Positions 41,073 to 51,128 of a stretch of 64,000 nucleotides of DNA are shown here, in pieces; position 1 is the first letter of the stretch, and each line of letters begins with the position of its first letter. The notes below the pieces were generated by a model that saw only the letters and a program-made list of their open reading frames with translations, searched no databases and was not told where the DNA came from. The translations under genes were made by a program, and so were the position numbers. Source of the stretch: an uncultured Erysipelotrichaceae bacterium (GTDB lineage: Bacteria > Bacillota_I > Bacilli_A > RF39 > UBA660); contig CADANX010000001.1 of NCBI GenBank assembly GCA_902789425.1, positions 16,206 through 80,205 of the forward strand, in the 5' to 3' direction.

Positions 41073-41912
41073 ATGAGTCAAAAGAGTTATGATGATACAG
41101 CAAAATTATATTTAATACCAACACCAATTGGTAATCTTGAAGATATAACTATAAGAAGTATTAATACTTTAAAAGAAGTTGATGTAATTTTTTCAGAAGA
41201 TACACGTGAAACATTAAAGTTATTAAAAGCTTATAATATTGAAAAAAAGTTAATATCTTATCATAAATTTAATGAAGATACTGCCTACCAAAAGATTCTA
41301 GAATATTTAGATGATAATAAAAACGTTGCACTTGTTTCTGATAGAGGTACACCTTCAGTTAGTGATCCTGGCTATGTAGCTGTCTATAAAATAATAGAAA
41401 AGGGATATAATGTCATATGTTTACCAGGAGCAACAGCTTTTACTCCAGCACTAGTTATGTCTGGATTGAATCCTAATAAGTTCTTATTCTATGGTTTTTT
41501 AGATAATAAAAAATCTACAAAAAAGAAAGAATTGGAGTCATTAAAATTAATAAAAGAAACTATTATTTTTTATGAATCTCCATTTAGAATAAAAGAAACT
41601 TTAACAATAATGAAGGAAATATTTGGTGATAGAAATATTTCAGTATCAAGAGAAATAAGTAAAAAATTTGAAGAAGTATACAGAGGAAATATATCTAATG
41701 TTCTTGATGAGCTAATTGAAAAAGGTGAATTTGTAATAGTTGTAGATGGAAATAAAGAGGAAGTAAGTTTTGAAAGCATATCTGTATTAGATCATATTAA
41801 TTTATTATTAGCTTCTGGTAAAACAGAAAAAGAGGCAATAAAGGAAGTTGCAAAACTTCATAATTTAGAAAAGAATACAGTATATTTAAAATATCATAAT
41901 AATAAAAAATAA
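41073..41912 (+). CDS. rsmI: 16S rRNA (cytidine1402-2'-O)-methyltransferase
   Basis: 279 aa with a tetrapyrrole-methylase fold. It starts LYLIPTPIGNLEDIT and contains GTPSVSDPG. Confidence 0.9.
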   Translation: MSQKSYDDTAKLYLIPTPIGNLEDITIRSINTLKEVDVIFSEDTRETLKLLKAYNIEKKLISYHKFNEDTAYQKILEYLDDNKNVALVSDRGTPSVSDPGYVAVYKIIEKGYNVICLPGATAFTPALVMSGLNPNKFLFYGFLDNKKSTKKKELESLKLIKETIIFYESPFRIKETLTIMKEIFGDRNISVSREISKKFEEVYRGNISNVLDELIEKGEFVIVVDGNKEEVSFESISVLDHINLLLASGKTEKEAIKEVAKLHNLEKNTVYLKYHNNKK

Positions 41913-41924
41913 GGTGGTGATAAA

Positions 41925-42476
41925 ATGAAGTTAATCGTTGGTTTAGGAAATCCAGGTAAAGAATATGAAAATACAAGACATAATGTTGGTTTTGATGTTA
42001 TTGATAAATATTTAAATAAAAATGGATTTAAACTAGATAAAAATAAATTTGGTGGTTTGTTTACAAAAGTTAAAATAAAAAATGAAGATGTTGTATTTTT
42101 AGAACCACAAAAATATATGAATTTATCTGGTGAAGTAGTAAGACAAGTAATGGATTTTTATAAAATTAATCCAAATGATATATTAGTTATTCACGATGAC
42201 TTAGATTTACCTGTTGGTAAAATAAAATTAAAACAAAATTCATCATCAGGTGGTCATAATGGAATTAAGGATATAGAAAAGAATATATCAACCAAAGACT
42301 ATAAAAGATTAAAAATTGGAATTTCAAAAACAAATAATGATATAAAAGACTTTGTTTTATCTTCTTTCAGTAAAGATGAAAGATCTTTAATAAATGATGC
42401 AATTTTGAAATCATGTGATATAATAGATGACTATCTTTCATTAGATTTTAGTGAATTAATGAATAAATATAATTAA
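41925..42476 (+). CDS. pth: peptidyl-tRNA hydrolase
   Basis: 183 aa with MKLIVGLGNPGKEYENTRHNVGF. Confidence 0.95.
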   Translation: MKLIVGLGNPGKEYENTRHNVGFDVIDKYLNKNGFKLDKNKFGGLFTKVKIKNEDVVFLEPQKYMNLSGEVVRQVMDFYKINPNDILVIHDDLDLPVGKIKLKQNSSSGGHNGIKDIEKNISTKDYKRLKIGISKTNNDIKDFVLSSFSKDERSLINDAILKSCDIIDDYLSLDFSELMNKYN

Positions 42477-42486
42477 TGAGGTCTTT

Positions 42487-45400
42487 ATGAATTTTGAAAA
42501 AGAATTAATTGAGTTTAAAAGTTTTGATAATATAGGTATTACAGGATTAACTAATCAGTTAATCTCTTTTTCAGTTGAAAATTTATATAAACAAAGTAAT
42601 AGGGATATTTTACTTATTACAAATTCTTTGTTCGAAGCAAATATAATTTATTCATCTTTATCAAAAATTAATGAAAATGCCTTATTTTTTCCTATGGATG
42701 ATTTCTTAACTAGTGAAGCAATAGCAATATCACCTGAACTTGAATCTATTAGAATTAGTACGTTAAATAAGTTATCAACAGCAAAACAAAAAAATATAGT
42801 TGTAACAAATCTTATGGGGATACTTAGATATTTACCTACACTTAAAACATGGAAAAATAGTAATGTTGTTATCAAAAATAATATGAGTATCTCAAAAGAT
42901 GAATTATTAAATAAACTTTTATCTTTAGGTTATGATAAGAATTATATGGTTACTAAAACAGGTGATTTATCATCAAGAGGATTTATTTTAGATGTATTTC
43001 CAATAAATAGTGATTATCCTATAAGAATAGAATTCTGGGGTGATGAAATTGATTCTATAAGATACTTTGATGTTGATTCACAAAGATCTTTAGATAAAAT
43101 AGACGAGTTTAAAATAACTCCTTTTACGGAATTTATAAATGAAAAAGGTATTGAAATAGAAAAGAAACAAAAGTATTTACCTTTTGTATTAAATAGTATT
43201 TCATCTTTATATGATTATTTAGAAAATCCAATTACAGTTTTTAAAGATTACAATCAAATTAAAAGTTCTTATGTTAATTTAAGAAATGAGATTTTTGAAT
43301 ATTCAAAAAATGATAAAACTGATTATAAAACAAATTATATGTTTGACTTAGATGAAATAAAATTTGGTAATAAAATTTATTTATTAACTGTAGATAATTT
43401 ATTATCTGGTATCAAATTAGATAAATTAATTGATTTAAAATCTAGGTCTATTACATCTTTTAAATCTAATACATCTTTAATTAATGAATATATTGATAAT
43501 TCTATTAAGAATGGTAAAACAATTATTATTGTACTTAGTAATATAAATAATCTAAAGAATTTAAAAAGGTTTATAGATTTTGATATTTATGAAACAACAA
43601 TTGATAAAATATATGATAATTCAGTTAATGTTATATTAAAAGAATATAATGAAGGATTTGAAATTAATAATACTGTTGTACTTACTGAAAAAGAATTGTT
43701 TGATAAAAAGAATAATAATTCAAAAGTAAGAAGTAAATTTAAAATTGGAACAAAAATTAATTCAATTAATAACCTTGAAAAAGGTGATTATGTTGTTCAT
43801 ATGAGTAATGGTATTGGAATATATGAAGGTATAAAAAAAATATTAAAAAATGGAAATGAAAAAGATTATATAGAAATATCATATTTGGATAAAGATAAAC
43901 TTTATATTCCTGTGGAAAAAATTGATTTAATTAGTAAATATTCGTCAAAAGAAGGTGCAACACCCAGATTAAATAAATTAGGTGGAATTGAATGGCAAAA
44001 AACTAAACTAAGAATAAAAAATAAGATAAAAGATATAGCTGGAAGATTAATAAAGGTTCAAGCTGAAAGAAAATTAAAAAGGGGATATGCTTTTAATGAG
44101 GATGATTCTCTTCAACTTGAATTTGAAAAAGAATTTGAATATGAACTAACAAAAGATCAACTTATTTCTATAAACAGAATAAAAAAAGAAATGGAAATGG
44201 ATAGTCCAATGGACATGCTTCTTTGTGGTGATGTTGGATATGGTAAAACCGAGGTTGCTTTTAGAGCAATATTTAAAGCTATAAACAGTAAAAAACAAGT
44301 TGCATATTTATGTCCTACAACTATTCTTTCTAATCAACAATATAATAATTCTTTAAAAAGATTTAGTAATTTTGGAGTAAATATTGCATTAGTTAATAGG
44401 TTTACTACGACTAAAGAATATAATAATATTGTGGAAAAACTTAAAGAAGGAAAAATTGATTTAGTATTTGGAACTCATAGATTATTAAGTGATGATATTA
44501 AATATAAAGATTTAGGATTACTTGTAATAGATGAAGAACAACGTTTTGGTGTTACTCACAAAGAGAAAATAAAAGAGTATAAGGCATCAGTAGATGTTCT
44601 TACTCTTAGTGCAACACCTATTCCAAGAACACTTCAAATGTCTCTTACAGGAATTCGAAGTTTATCTTTAATAGAAACACCTCCTGAATCTAGATATCCA
44701 GTGCAAACTTATGTAGTTGAAGAAAGCAAACAATTAATTAAAGATGCTATTTATAAAGAAATTTCAAGAGATGGTCAAGTGTTTATTTTATTCAATAGAG
44801 TAGATGGTCTTGAAGAAAAATTATTTGAATTAAAATCACTTGTTCCAGAAGCTACATATCAAATAGCTCATGGTCAAATGAGTAAAGAAAAAATTGAAGA
44901 TACAATGACAGCATTTATTAATAATGAATTTAATGTTTTACTGTGTACAACTATAATTGAAACAGGTATAGATATCCCAAATGTTAATACATTAATTATT
45001 TATGATGCCGATAACTTTGGTTTAAGTCAGTTATATCAAATTAGAGGTAGAGTTGGTCGTAGTAATAAAATTGCTTATGCATATTTAATGTATAAGAAAA
45101 ATAAAGTATTAAATGAAACGGCAATTAAAAGACTAAATGCTATCAAAGAATTTACAGAACTTGGTAGTGGTTTTTCAATTGCAATGAGAGATTTATCTAT
45201 AAGAGGAGCTGGAGATATTTTAGGTTCAGAACAAGCTGGTTTTATTGAATCAGTGGGATATGATTTATATTTAAAACTTTTAAATGAACAAGTTGATGTA
45301 TTAAAAGGTAATAAAGTAAAAAAAGAAGAGACTGAAGATGATAAACCATTACTTGATGTAAAAACACATATTGATGATAATTATGTTAAAGAGGATGCTA

Positions 45401-45792
45401 TTAAAATAGAAATACATAAGTTGATAAATGAAATCGATTCATATGATAAATTAGTTCAAGTAAAAGAAGAATTAATTGATAGATTTGGAAAAATATCTGA
45501 AGACTTAGAAATATATATGTATAGTGAGTGGTTTGAAAAAATGGCTAAAAAGTTAGAAATAGTTGTAGTTAATCAAACTAGAACATATATAGAATTTGCA
45601 CTTGAAAAGAATGTATTTGAAAAACTAGATGTATCTGATTTATTTTATGAAGCGTCTAAGATTAATATGAGTTTTAAATTTCAATACAAGTTTAGTAGAT
45701 TATATATTAAATTAACATTCGCATCATTAACTAATCATTTTATTTATGATTTAACGAAATTGCTTTGTAAAATTGACGATATGTTAGTATAA
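42487..45792 (+). CDS. mfd: transcription-repair coupling factor
   Basis: 1101 aa with helicase motifs GDVGYGKTEVA and DEEQRFG and a CarD-like domain. It lies downstream of pth. Confidence 0.96.
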   Translation: MNFEKELIEFKSFDNIGITGLTNQLISFSVENLYKQSNRDILLITNSLFEANIIYSSLSKINENALFFPMDDFLTSEAIAISPELESIRISTLNKLSTAKQKNIVVTNLMGILRYLPTLKTWKNSNVVIKNNMSISKDELLNKLLSLGYDKNYMVTKTGDLSSRGFILDVFPINSDYPIRIEFWGDEIDSIRYFDVDSQRSLDKIDEFKITPFTEFINEKGIEIEKKQKYLPFVLNSISSLYDYLENPITVFKDYNQIKSSYVNLRNEIFEYSKNDKTDYKTNYMFDLDEIKFGNKIYLLTVDNLLSGIKLDKLIDLKSRSITSFKSNTSLINEYIDNSIKNGKTIIIVLSNINNLKNLKRFIDFDIYETTIDKIYDNSVNVILKEYNEGFEINNTVVLTEKELFDKKNNNSKVRSKFKIGTKINSINNLEKGDYVVHMSNGIGIYEGIKKILKNGNEKDYIEISYLDKDKLYIPVEKIDLISKYSSKEGATPRLNKLGGIEWQKTKLRIKNKIKDIAGRLIKVQAERKLKRGYAFNEDDSLQLEFEKEFEYELTKDQLISINRIKKEMEMDSPMDMLLCGDVGYGKTEVAFRAIFKAINSKKQVAYLCPTTILSNQQYNNSLKRFSNFGVNIALVNRFTTTKEYNNIVEKLKEGKIDLVFGTHRLLSDDIKYKDLGLLVIDEEQRFGVTHKEKIKEYKASVDVLTLSATPIPRTLQMSLTGIRSLSLIETPPESRYPVQTYVVEESKQLIKDAIYKEISRDGQVFILFNRVDGLEEKLFELKSLVPEATYQIAHGQMSKEKIEDTMTAFINNEFNVLLCTTIIETGIDIPNVNTLIIYDADNFGLSQLYQIRGRVGRSNKIAYAYLMYKKNKVLNETAIKRLNAIKEFTELGSGFSIAMRDLSIRGAGDILGSEQAGFIESVGYDLYLKLLNEQVDVLKGNKVKKEETEDDKPLLDVKTHIDDNYVKEDAIKIEIHKLINEIDSYDKLVQVKEELIDRFGKISEDLEIYMYSEWFEKMAKKLEIVVVNQTRTYIEFALEKNVFEKLDVSDLFYEASKINMSFKFQYKFSRLYIKLTFASLTNHFIYDLTKLLCKIDDMLV

Positions 45793-45795
45793 AAT

Positions 45796-45837
45796 AATTC
45801 CTTCATAACAATATAATAATATGGAAGGAATTTTTTT
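45796..45837 (+). terminator. intrinsic terminator after mfd whose 3-prime arm is the spoVT RBS
   Basis: Arms AATTCCTTC (45796-45804) / GAAGGAATT (45824-45832) enclose a 19-nt loop. A T-run leads directly into the spoVT ATG (45838). Confidence 0.7.
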
Positions 45838-46350
45838 ATGAATTCAGTTAGTTTTATAAGAAGAATAGATGATTTAGGTAGAATAGTTATTCCAAAAGAA
45901 ATTAGAAAAAAATTAAAGATAAGAGAAAATGAAGTTTTGGAAATTTTTAATGATGATGATAGAATAATTGTAAAAAAACATAATGAAATAGATAATAATA
46001 TGAAAGTCATTAATATGTATGGAAATATTATAAGAAAACTTACTAATAAGAATATTATCATAACTAATAATCATAATATTATATATACAAACAGTTTGAT
46101 AAAAGATACTTTTTTTAATAAAGAAATAACAGATTTGGCAATAGATATTCTAAATAATAGAACTATAAAAGAAGGTTATGAATTTGAATTAATTATGAAT
46201 GTTAAAATTAATAATTATTTAATATATCCTTTAATAGTTAATAGTGATGTACTTGGACTTATTATTCTTTTTAGTGATGAACAAATATCTGATAAAGATA
46301 GAACATTACTATTATTAGTATCTAAAATATTAAATGTTTGCTTAGAATAA
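45838..46350 (+). CDS. spoVT: stage V sporulation protein T (AbrB-type N-domain plus GAF-like C-domain)
   Basis: 170 aa with IRRIDDLGRIVIPKEIRKKLKIRENEVLEIF. Its size and its position after mfd match spoVT. Confidence 0.85.
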   Translation: MNSVSFIRRIDDLGRIVIPKEIRKKLKIRENEVLEIFNDDDRIIVKKHNEIDNNMKVINMYGNIIRKLTNKNIIITNNHNIIYTNSLIKDTFFNKEITDLAIDILNNRTIKEGYEFELIMNVKINNYLIYPLIVNSDVLGLIILFSDEQISDKDRTLLLLVSKILNVCLE

Positions 46351-46351
46351 A

Positions 46352-46380
46352 TTGCAATGACTCCTAAATTATGATATATT
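46352..46380 (+). promoter_or_regulatory. sigma-A type promoter for dut-metG
   Basis: TTGCAA (46352), a 17-nt spacer, then TGaTATATT (-10 at 46375-46380). Confidence 0.5.
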
Positions 46381-46404
46381 TATTAAGAAGTAAGGAGTGA
46401 TTTT

Positions 46405-46854
46405 ATGAGAGGTTTTGAAATAGCAAAAGGATGGGAAGATAAAAATATTAATTTGCCAAAAAGAAGTACTAAGCATGCAGCTGGTTATGATTTTGAAGCA
46501 GCTGAAGATGTTGTTATTCCAAGTTTTACTAAAGGTATGAAACCTACACTTGTTAAAACAGGAATTAAAGCATATATGATGGAAGATGAGATGTTATGCT
46601 TATATAATAGAAGTTCAGGACCAAAAAGAGGATTAATACTTGCAAATAGTGTTGGTATTGTTGATAAAGATTATTATGGAAATCCTGATAATGATGGTCA
46701 TATTATGTTTGCTTTCTTAAATGAAAGTGATTCTGATGTAGAAATAAAAAAAGGTGAAAGAATAGGACAAGGAATTTTTCAAAAATTTTTAATAACAGAT
46801 TCAGATGATGCAGAAGGAGAAAGACAAGGCGGATTTGGATCAACAAGTAAATAG
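46405..46854 (+). CDS. dut: dUTP diphosphatase
   Basis: 149 aa with the motifs AAGYDF, NRSSG, GIVDKDYYG, GERIGQ and GGFGSTSK. Confidence 0.88.
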   Translation: MRGFEIAKGWEDKNINLPKRSTKHAAGYDFEAAEDVVIPSFTKGMKPTLVKTGIKAYMMEDEMLCLYNRSSGPKRGLILANSVGIVDKDYYGNPDNDGHIMFAFLNESDSDVEIKKGERIGQGIFQKFLITDSDDAEGERQGGFGSTSK

Positions 46855-46867
46855 AAGAGGTGATAAA

Positions 46868-48433
46868 ATGAGTAAACCATTTTATATAACAACTCCAATA
46901 TATTATCCTAGTGGTAAATATCATATTGGTACTGCATATACTGAAGTACTTTGTGATATGTTAAAAAGATACCATAAACTTCATGGTGAAGATAGTTTTA
47001 TGCTTACAGGAACAGATGAGCATGGACAAAAAATTCAGAATAAAGCAATTGAAGCAGGTATTACACCAAAAGAATATGTTGATAAACAAGCAGAAGAAGC
47101 AAAAAAATTATGGAGTTTAATGAAAATTGATTATGACAAATATATGAGAACAACTGATGATTATCATGAAAAAGTAGTTCAAGATATATTTGAAAGATTC
47201 TTAAAACAAGGTGATATATATTTAGGAGAATATGAAGGATGGTATTGTGAACCATGCGAAAGTTATTGGACTGAAACTCAATTAGTTGATGGAATGTGTC
47301 CAGATTGCAATAGAGAAGTTAAGAAGATGAAAGAAGAAGCATATTTCTTTAATATGAAAAAATATGCTGATAGACTTTTAAAATATTATGATGAACATCC
47401 TAACTTTATAAAACCAGATTATAGAAAAACAGAAGTTGTTAATAATTTTATAAAACCTGGTTTAGAAGATTTATGTGTAACTAGAACATCTTTTGATTGG
47501 GGTGTTAAAGTAAAAAGTAATCCTAAACATGTTGTGTATGTTTGGCTTGATGCACTTACAAACTATATTACAGCACTTGGTTATGGACAAGAAAATACAG
47601 AATTATTTGATAAATATTGGCCAGCTAATATTCACTTAGTTGGTAAAGATATAGCTAGATTTCATTTAATATATTGGCCAATTTTCTTAATGGCACTTGA
47701 TTTACCTATACCTGAAACCATTTATGTTCACAACTTTATAGTAATGAAAGATGGAAAGATGAGTAAGTCAAAGGGAAATACTATATATCCAGAACAATTA
47801 ATTGATAAATATGGATTAGATGCAACTAAATATTATTTACTTAGAGAAATGCCTACTAGTGGTGATGAAGTGTTTACTCCAGAAGATTTTGTAGGTAGAT
47901 ATAATTCTGATTTATGTAATGATTTAGGAAATTTATTAAATAGAACGATTTCTATGATTAATAAATATTTTGATGGTATAGTTCCTGATTATAAAGGACA
48001 TATTAATCCTGTGGATAAAGAACTTGAAGAATTCATAACTGAATCAGTTAAAAATAATGCTGATTATATTGAAAAATTTGAATTTGCAAGTTCAATACAA
48101 GCAATTTGGGATCTAATTAGCAGAACTAATAAATATGTAGATGAAACAGAACCATGGGTTCTTGCAAAAGAGGAAGATATAACTAAACTTGAATCATCAA
48201 TGAATCATTTAGCAATGTCACTTAGAGCTATAGCTATTTTAATTAGACCATTTATGAAAGATACTTCTGATAATATATTAAGACAATTAGGTTTAAATAC
48301 TGAAGTTACTTTTAAAGATTTAGATATTATAAAAGAATTTAATAATATTAAAGTAATTGATAAAGGTGAGCCTATATTTTTAAGATTAGATGCAGATGAA
48401 GAAATTGCTTATATAAAAGAATTGATGAAATAA
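46868..48433 (+). CDS. metG: methionine--tRNA ligase (short form, no C-terminal tRNA-binding domain)
   Basis: I prefer the start MSKPFYITTPIYYPSGKYHIGTAYT (46868), preceded by AGAGGTGA. It has a CxxC...CPDC knuckle and KMSKSKGN. Confidence 0.95.
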   Translation: MSKPFYITTPIYYPSGKYHIGTAYTEVLCDMLKRYHKLHGEDSFMLTGTDEHGQKIQNKAIEAGITPKEYVDKQAEEAKKLWSLMKIDYDKYMRTTDDYHEKVVQDIFERFLKQGDIYLGEYEGWYCEPCESYWTETQLVDGMCPDCNREVKKMKEEAYFFNMKKYADRLLKYYDEHPNFIKPDYRKTEVVNNFIKPGLEDLCVTRTSFDWGVKVKSNPKHVVYVWLDALTNYITALGYGQENTELFDKYWPANIHLVGKDIARFHLIYWPIFLMALDLPIPETIYVHNFIVMKDGKMSKSKGNTIYPEQLIDKYGLDATKYYLLREMPTSGDEVFTPEDFVGRYNSDLCNDLGNLLNRTISMINKYFDGIVPDYKGHINPVDKELEEFITESVKNNADYIEKFEFASSIQAIWDLISRTNKYVDETEPWVLAKEEDITKLESSMNHLAMSLRAIAILIRPFMKDTSDNILRQLGLNTEVTFKDLDIIKEFNNIKVIDKGEPIFLRLDADEEIAYIKELMK

Positions 48434-48458
48434 AAAAAACAACATTTGTTGTTTTTTT
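48434..48458. terminator. bidirectional terminator between metG and a small minus-strand gene
   Basis: AAAAAACAACA-ttt-TGTTGTTTTTT. Confidence 0.7.
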
Positions 48459-48687
48459 ATATGTTTAAAATTATATATAATAATCCAGATATAAATAACA
48501 TTATAAAAAGTATTATTGTAATAAAACAAATTAATCTCTTTTTATTTAATTTTCTTTTTTTTACTTTTTTAATATCACTTTTATTAATAGACATAATCAT
48601 ATTTTTACTAAAGTCACTCATAAGAAGATCTTTTAGTCCAAGAATTTCATATAATGTCATGTTATTACTATATTCATTTTTAGTCAT
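48457..48687 (-). CDS. small tail-anchored membrane protein, unknown function
   Basis: 76 aa, with GGTGA 7 nt upstream of the ATG. The N-terminus is hydrophilic, then comes a Lys/Arg patch (KKVKKRKLNKKR) and one C-terminal TM segment. I prefer it over the overlapping plus-strand ORF 48446-48769. Confidence 0.5.
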   Translation of the reverse strand: MTKNEYSNNMTLYEILGLKDLLMSDFSKNMIMSINKSDIKKVKKRKLNKKRLICFITIILFIMLFISGLLYIILNI

Positions 48688-48792
48688 AATTAATCACCAA
48701 CTATATTATATTCATTTTTTATTTAAAGTAAACAATAATTTAATAAATTATAAATATAATATGGTATAATAGCCATATATATGGAGGTAATT

Positions 48793-49047
48793 ATGAATAA
48801 AACAGGACTTATAAAAGAATTAAGTGTTAAACTTGATGTATCAGAAGAAAAAGCAAGTAAAATAGAAAGCTTGCTTGAAGAGAATTTTATTGTTGGAAAA
48901 AAGAATAAAGAAAAAACAGTAGAATTATTTATGAATGAATTAGATTTATCTTTAGAAGAAGCAGATGAATTATACAATCAATCAATGGATGTTATTAAAG
49001 ATTGTTTAGTTGATAAAATTAAACATCCTTTTAAAGGTAACGATTAA
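48793..49047 (+). CDS. small acidic helical protein, unknown function
   Basis: 84 aa counted from MNKTGLIKEL (GGAGG upstream). The first helix is HU-like, but the rest is not HU. Confidence 0.5.
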   Translation: MNKTGLIKELSVKLDVSEEKASKIESLLEENFIVGKKNKEKTVELFMNELDLSLEEADELYNQSMDVIKDCLVDKIKHPFKGND

Positions 49048-49070
49048 GTAGATTGATATCTACTTTTTTT
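49046..49070 (+). terminator. intrinsic terminator
   Basis: AAGTAGAT-tgat-ATCTACTT followed by a T-run. Confidence 0.7.
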
Positions 49071-49112
49071 AACATTTTAATTTTTATTACATATTATATA
49101 AAGGGGATTTAA

Positions 49113-49382
49113 ATGAAGAATATAGAGGCAAGTAAACTTCGAAAAGAATATAATATTATAGATATTAGAGATAAAATTGATTATTTAAATGGACATATTT
49201 ATAATGCAATAAATATAAGTGAAAATGAACTTATTAAAAATTATTTTTTATATTTAAATAAAAATGATACTTATTATATATATTGTAAAAAGGGAATTTC
49301 AAGTAAAAAAGTATGTAATATATTAAATGCTTTAGGATATGATGTTATTAATGTATATGGAGGATATGCTAGTTTTAAATAA
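49113..49382 (+). CDS. single-domain rhodanese-like protein
   Basis: 89 aa with the active-site loop context YIYCKKGISSKK and GGY near the C-terminus. Confidence 0.75.
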   Translation: MKNIEASKLRKEYNIIDIRDKIDYLNGHIYNAINISENELIKNYFLYLNKNDTYYIYCKKGISSKKVCNILNALGYDVINVYGGYASFK

Positions 49383-49384
49383 AA

Positions 49385-49409
49385 AATAAGATATAGTCTT
49401 ATTTTTTTT
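49385..49409 (+). terminator. intrinsic terminator
   Basis: AATAAGA-tatag-TCTTATT followed by a T-run. Confidence 0.6.
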
Positions 49410-49442
49410 CTTAAAATATATTATAATTATATTGGAGGATAT

Positions 49443-50000
49443 ATGGAAGAAGTAATTATTAGTTTAGTTAAAAATTTTGGTAATTTAGGTCCAATGTTTG
49501 GTTTCTTTTTAATATATATAGAATCAATGATTCCAATATTACCGCTTGCAGTATTTATCACACTTAATGTTGCTGCTTTTGGTAGTTTTATGGGATTTAT
49601 AATTTCGTATATTGCAACTGTATTTGGATGCATTTCTATGTTTTTTATATGTAGAAAGCTATCAACTTTCTTTTATAAAAAATTTAAACATAATAAAAAA
49701 ATAAATTCTTATAGAAAAAAAATAGATAATATTAGTTTTCCAAATTTAGTATTAATAACTTCAATTCCATTTATGCCAGCTTTTGCAGTTAATATAGCTG
49801 CAGGTTTAAGTGATATTGATTCTAAGAAATTTATTAGTTCAATAATAATATCTAAAATTGTTATGGTTTATTTTTGGGCTTTTATAGGAAAATCATTATC
49901 TGATAGTTTAACTGATATATATACAATACTACAAATATGTGTAATGTTAATTTTAGCATTATTAGTTTCAAAAATAGCAAATAAGTTTTTAAGATATTAA
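49443..50000 (+). CDS. TVP38/TMEM64 (DedA-superfamily) membrane protein
   Basis: 185 aa and multi-pass. The N-terminal pattern GPMFGFFLIYIESMIPILP is typical of this family. Confidence 0.75.
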   Translation: MEEVIISLVKNFGNLGPMFGFFLIYIESMIPILPLAVFITLNVAAFGSFMGFIISYIATVFGCISMFFICRKLSTFFYKKFKHNKKINSYRKKIDNISFPNLVLITSIPFMPAFAVNIAAGLSDIDSKKFISSIIISKIVMVYFWAFIGKSLSDSLTDIYTILQICVMLILALLVSKIANKFLRY

Positions 50001-50010
50001 GGAGGATATC

Positions 50011-51084
50011 ATGGATTATATTATAATTGGAATATTAATTTTACTTGTAATTTTAGTTACTATATCTCTAATGAAAAATATTAATGAGGGAAGAATTACT
50101 GAAAGACTAGGTAATTTAGAAACAAATGTTACTAAAAGTTTGGGCGATTTTAATGTTGATATAAATAAAAATTTAAATAAAGATTTTACTGAATTAAATG
50201 AAAGAATTGAATACAAATTAAATGTAATGAATGAGAAAGTAAATGAAAGATTGGATGAGAATTTTGAAAAAACTAATAAAACATTTACTAATGTATTAGA
50301 AAGATTGAGTAAAATAGATGAAGCCCAAAAGAAGATAGATAGCTTATCAAGTGATATAGTTTCACTTCAAGGAATACTTACTGATAAAAAAAGTAGGGGT
50401 ATATATGGTGAAGTTAATTTAACTCATATATTATCAAGTGTATTTGGAGAAAAAAATGATAAGATTTATAAACTTCAATATTCATTTAATAATAGTACAA
50501 TAGCAGATGCAGTTTTATTTGCACCTGAACCACTTGGAACAATTGCAATAGATTCTAAGTTTCCACTTGAACATTATAGAATTATGGTTGATAAAAAATA
50601 TAGTATTTCTGATAGAGAAAAAGCTGCCAAATTATTTAAAATTGATGTAAAAAAACATATTGATGCAATAGCAGATAAATATATAATTGCTGGTGTTACT
50701 TCTGATCAAGCAATAATGTTTTTACCAGCAGAGGCAATATTTGCTGAAATAAATGCATATCATAGTGAATTAATAGAATATGCATATAAAAGAAGAATTT
50801 GGATTACATCACCAACAACATTAATGAGTACATTAACTACTATTCAAATAATAATTAAAAATTCAGAAAGAGATAAATATACAAAAATTATTCAAGAAGA
50901 ATTATCAAAATTATCAGTTGAGTTTTCAAGATATAAAGATAGATGGGATAAACTATCAAGATCAATTCAAACAGTTAGTAAGGATGTCGAAGATATTCAT
51001 ACAACCACTGATAAAATTACGAAAAGATTTAATAGTATTAATAGTGTAGATATTGAAGAAATAGAAAAAATTGAAATGAAATAA
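50011..51084 (+). CDS. rmuC: DNA recombination protein RmuC
   Basis: 357 aa with an N-terminal TM segment, a coiled coil, and a conserved C-terminal nuclease-like region (IMFLPAEAIFAEI, ITSPTTLMSTL). Confidence 0.85.
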   Translation: MDYIIIGILILLVILVTISLMKNINEGRITERLGNLETNVTKSLGDFNVDINKNLNKDFTELNERIEYKLNVMNEKVNERLDENFEKTNKTFTNVLERLSKIDEAQKKIDSLSSDIVSLQGILTDKKSRGIYGEVNLTHILSSVFGEKNDKIYKLQYSFNNSTIADAVLFAPEPLGTIAIDSKFPLEHYRIMVDKKYSISDREKAAKLFKIDVKKHIDAIADKYIIAGVTSDQAIMFLPAEAIFAEINAYHSELIEYAYKRRIWITSPTTLMSTLTTIQIIIKNSERDKYTKIIQEELSKLSVEFSRYKDRWDKLSRSIQTVSKDVEDIHTTTDKITKRFNSINSVDIEEIEKIEMK

Positions 51085-51128
51085 TACTTTTTAAGTATAA
51101 TATGTTATAATTTCAATGGGTGAGAAGT

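Noticed and set aside
41198-41213. A parS-like 16-mer, AGATACACGTGAAACA, inside rsmI. The right half-site is perfect and the left half has 2 mismatches.
   Set aside because: It lies in frame within a conserved coding segment (EDTRETL) and has two mismatches in one arm. It may be a weak site, but the sequence alone cannot separate it from a coding coincidence. It should be included in any ChIP-seq check.
48010-48018. A perfect DnaA box, TGTGGATAA, inside metG, 22 kb from oriC.
   Set aside because: It is a single isolated 9-mer within a coding region. About one chance occurrence per window is expected from composition, and there are no neighbouring boxes.
48446-48769. 107-aa plus-strand ORF overlapping the small minus-strand gene.
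   Set aside because: It starts inside the metG terminator with no RBS and has a Phe/Leu/Ile-only composition. The minus-strand ORF has an RBS and a sensible topology.
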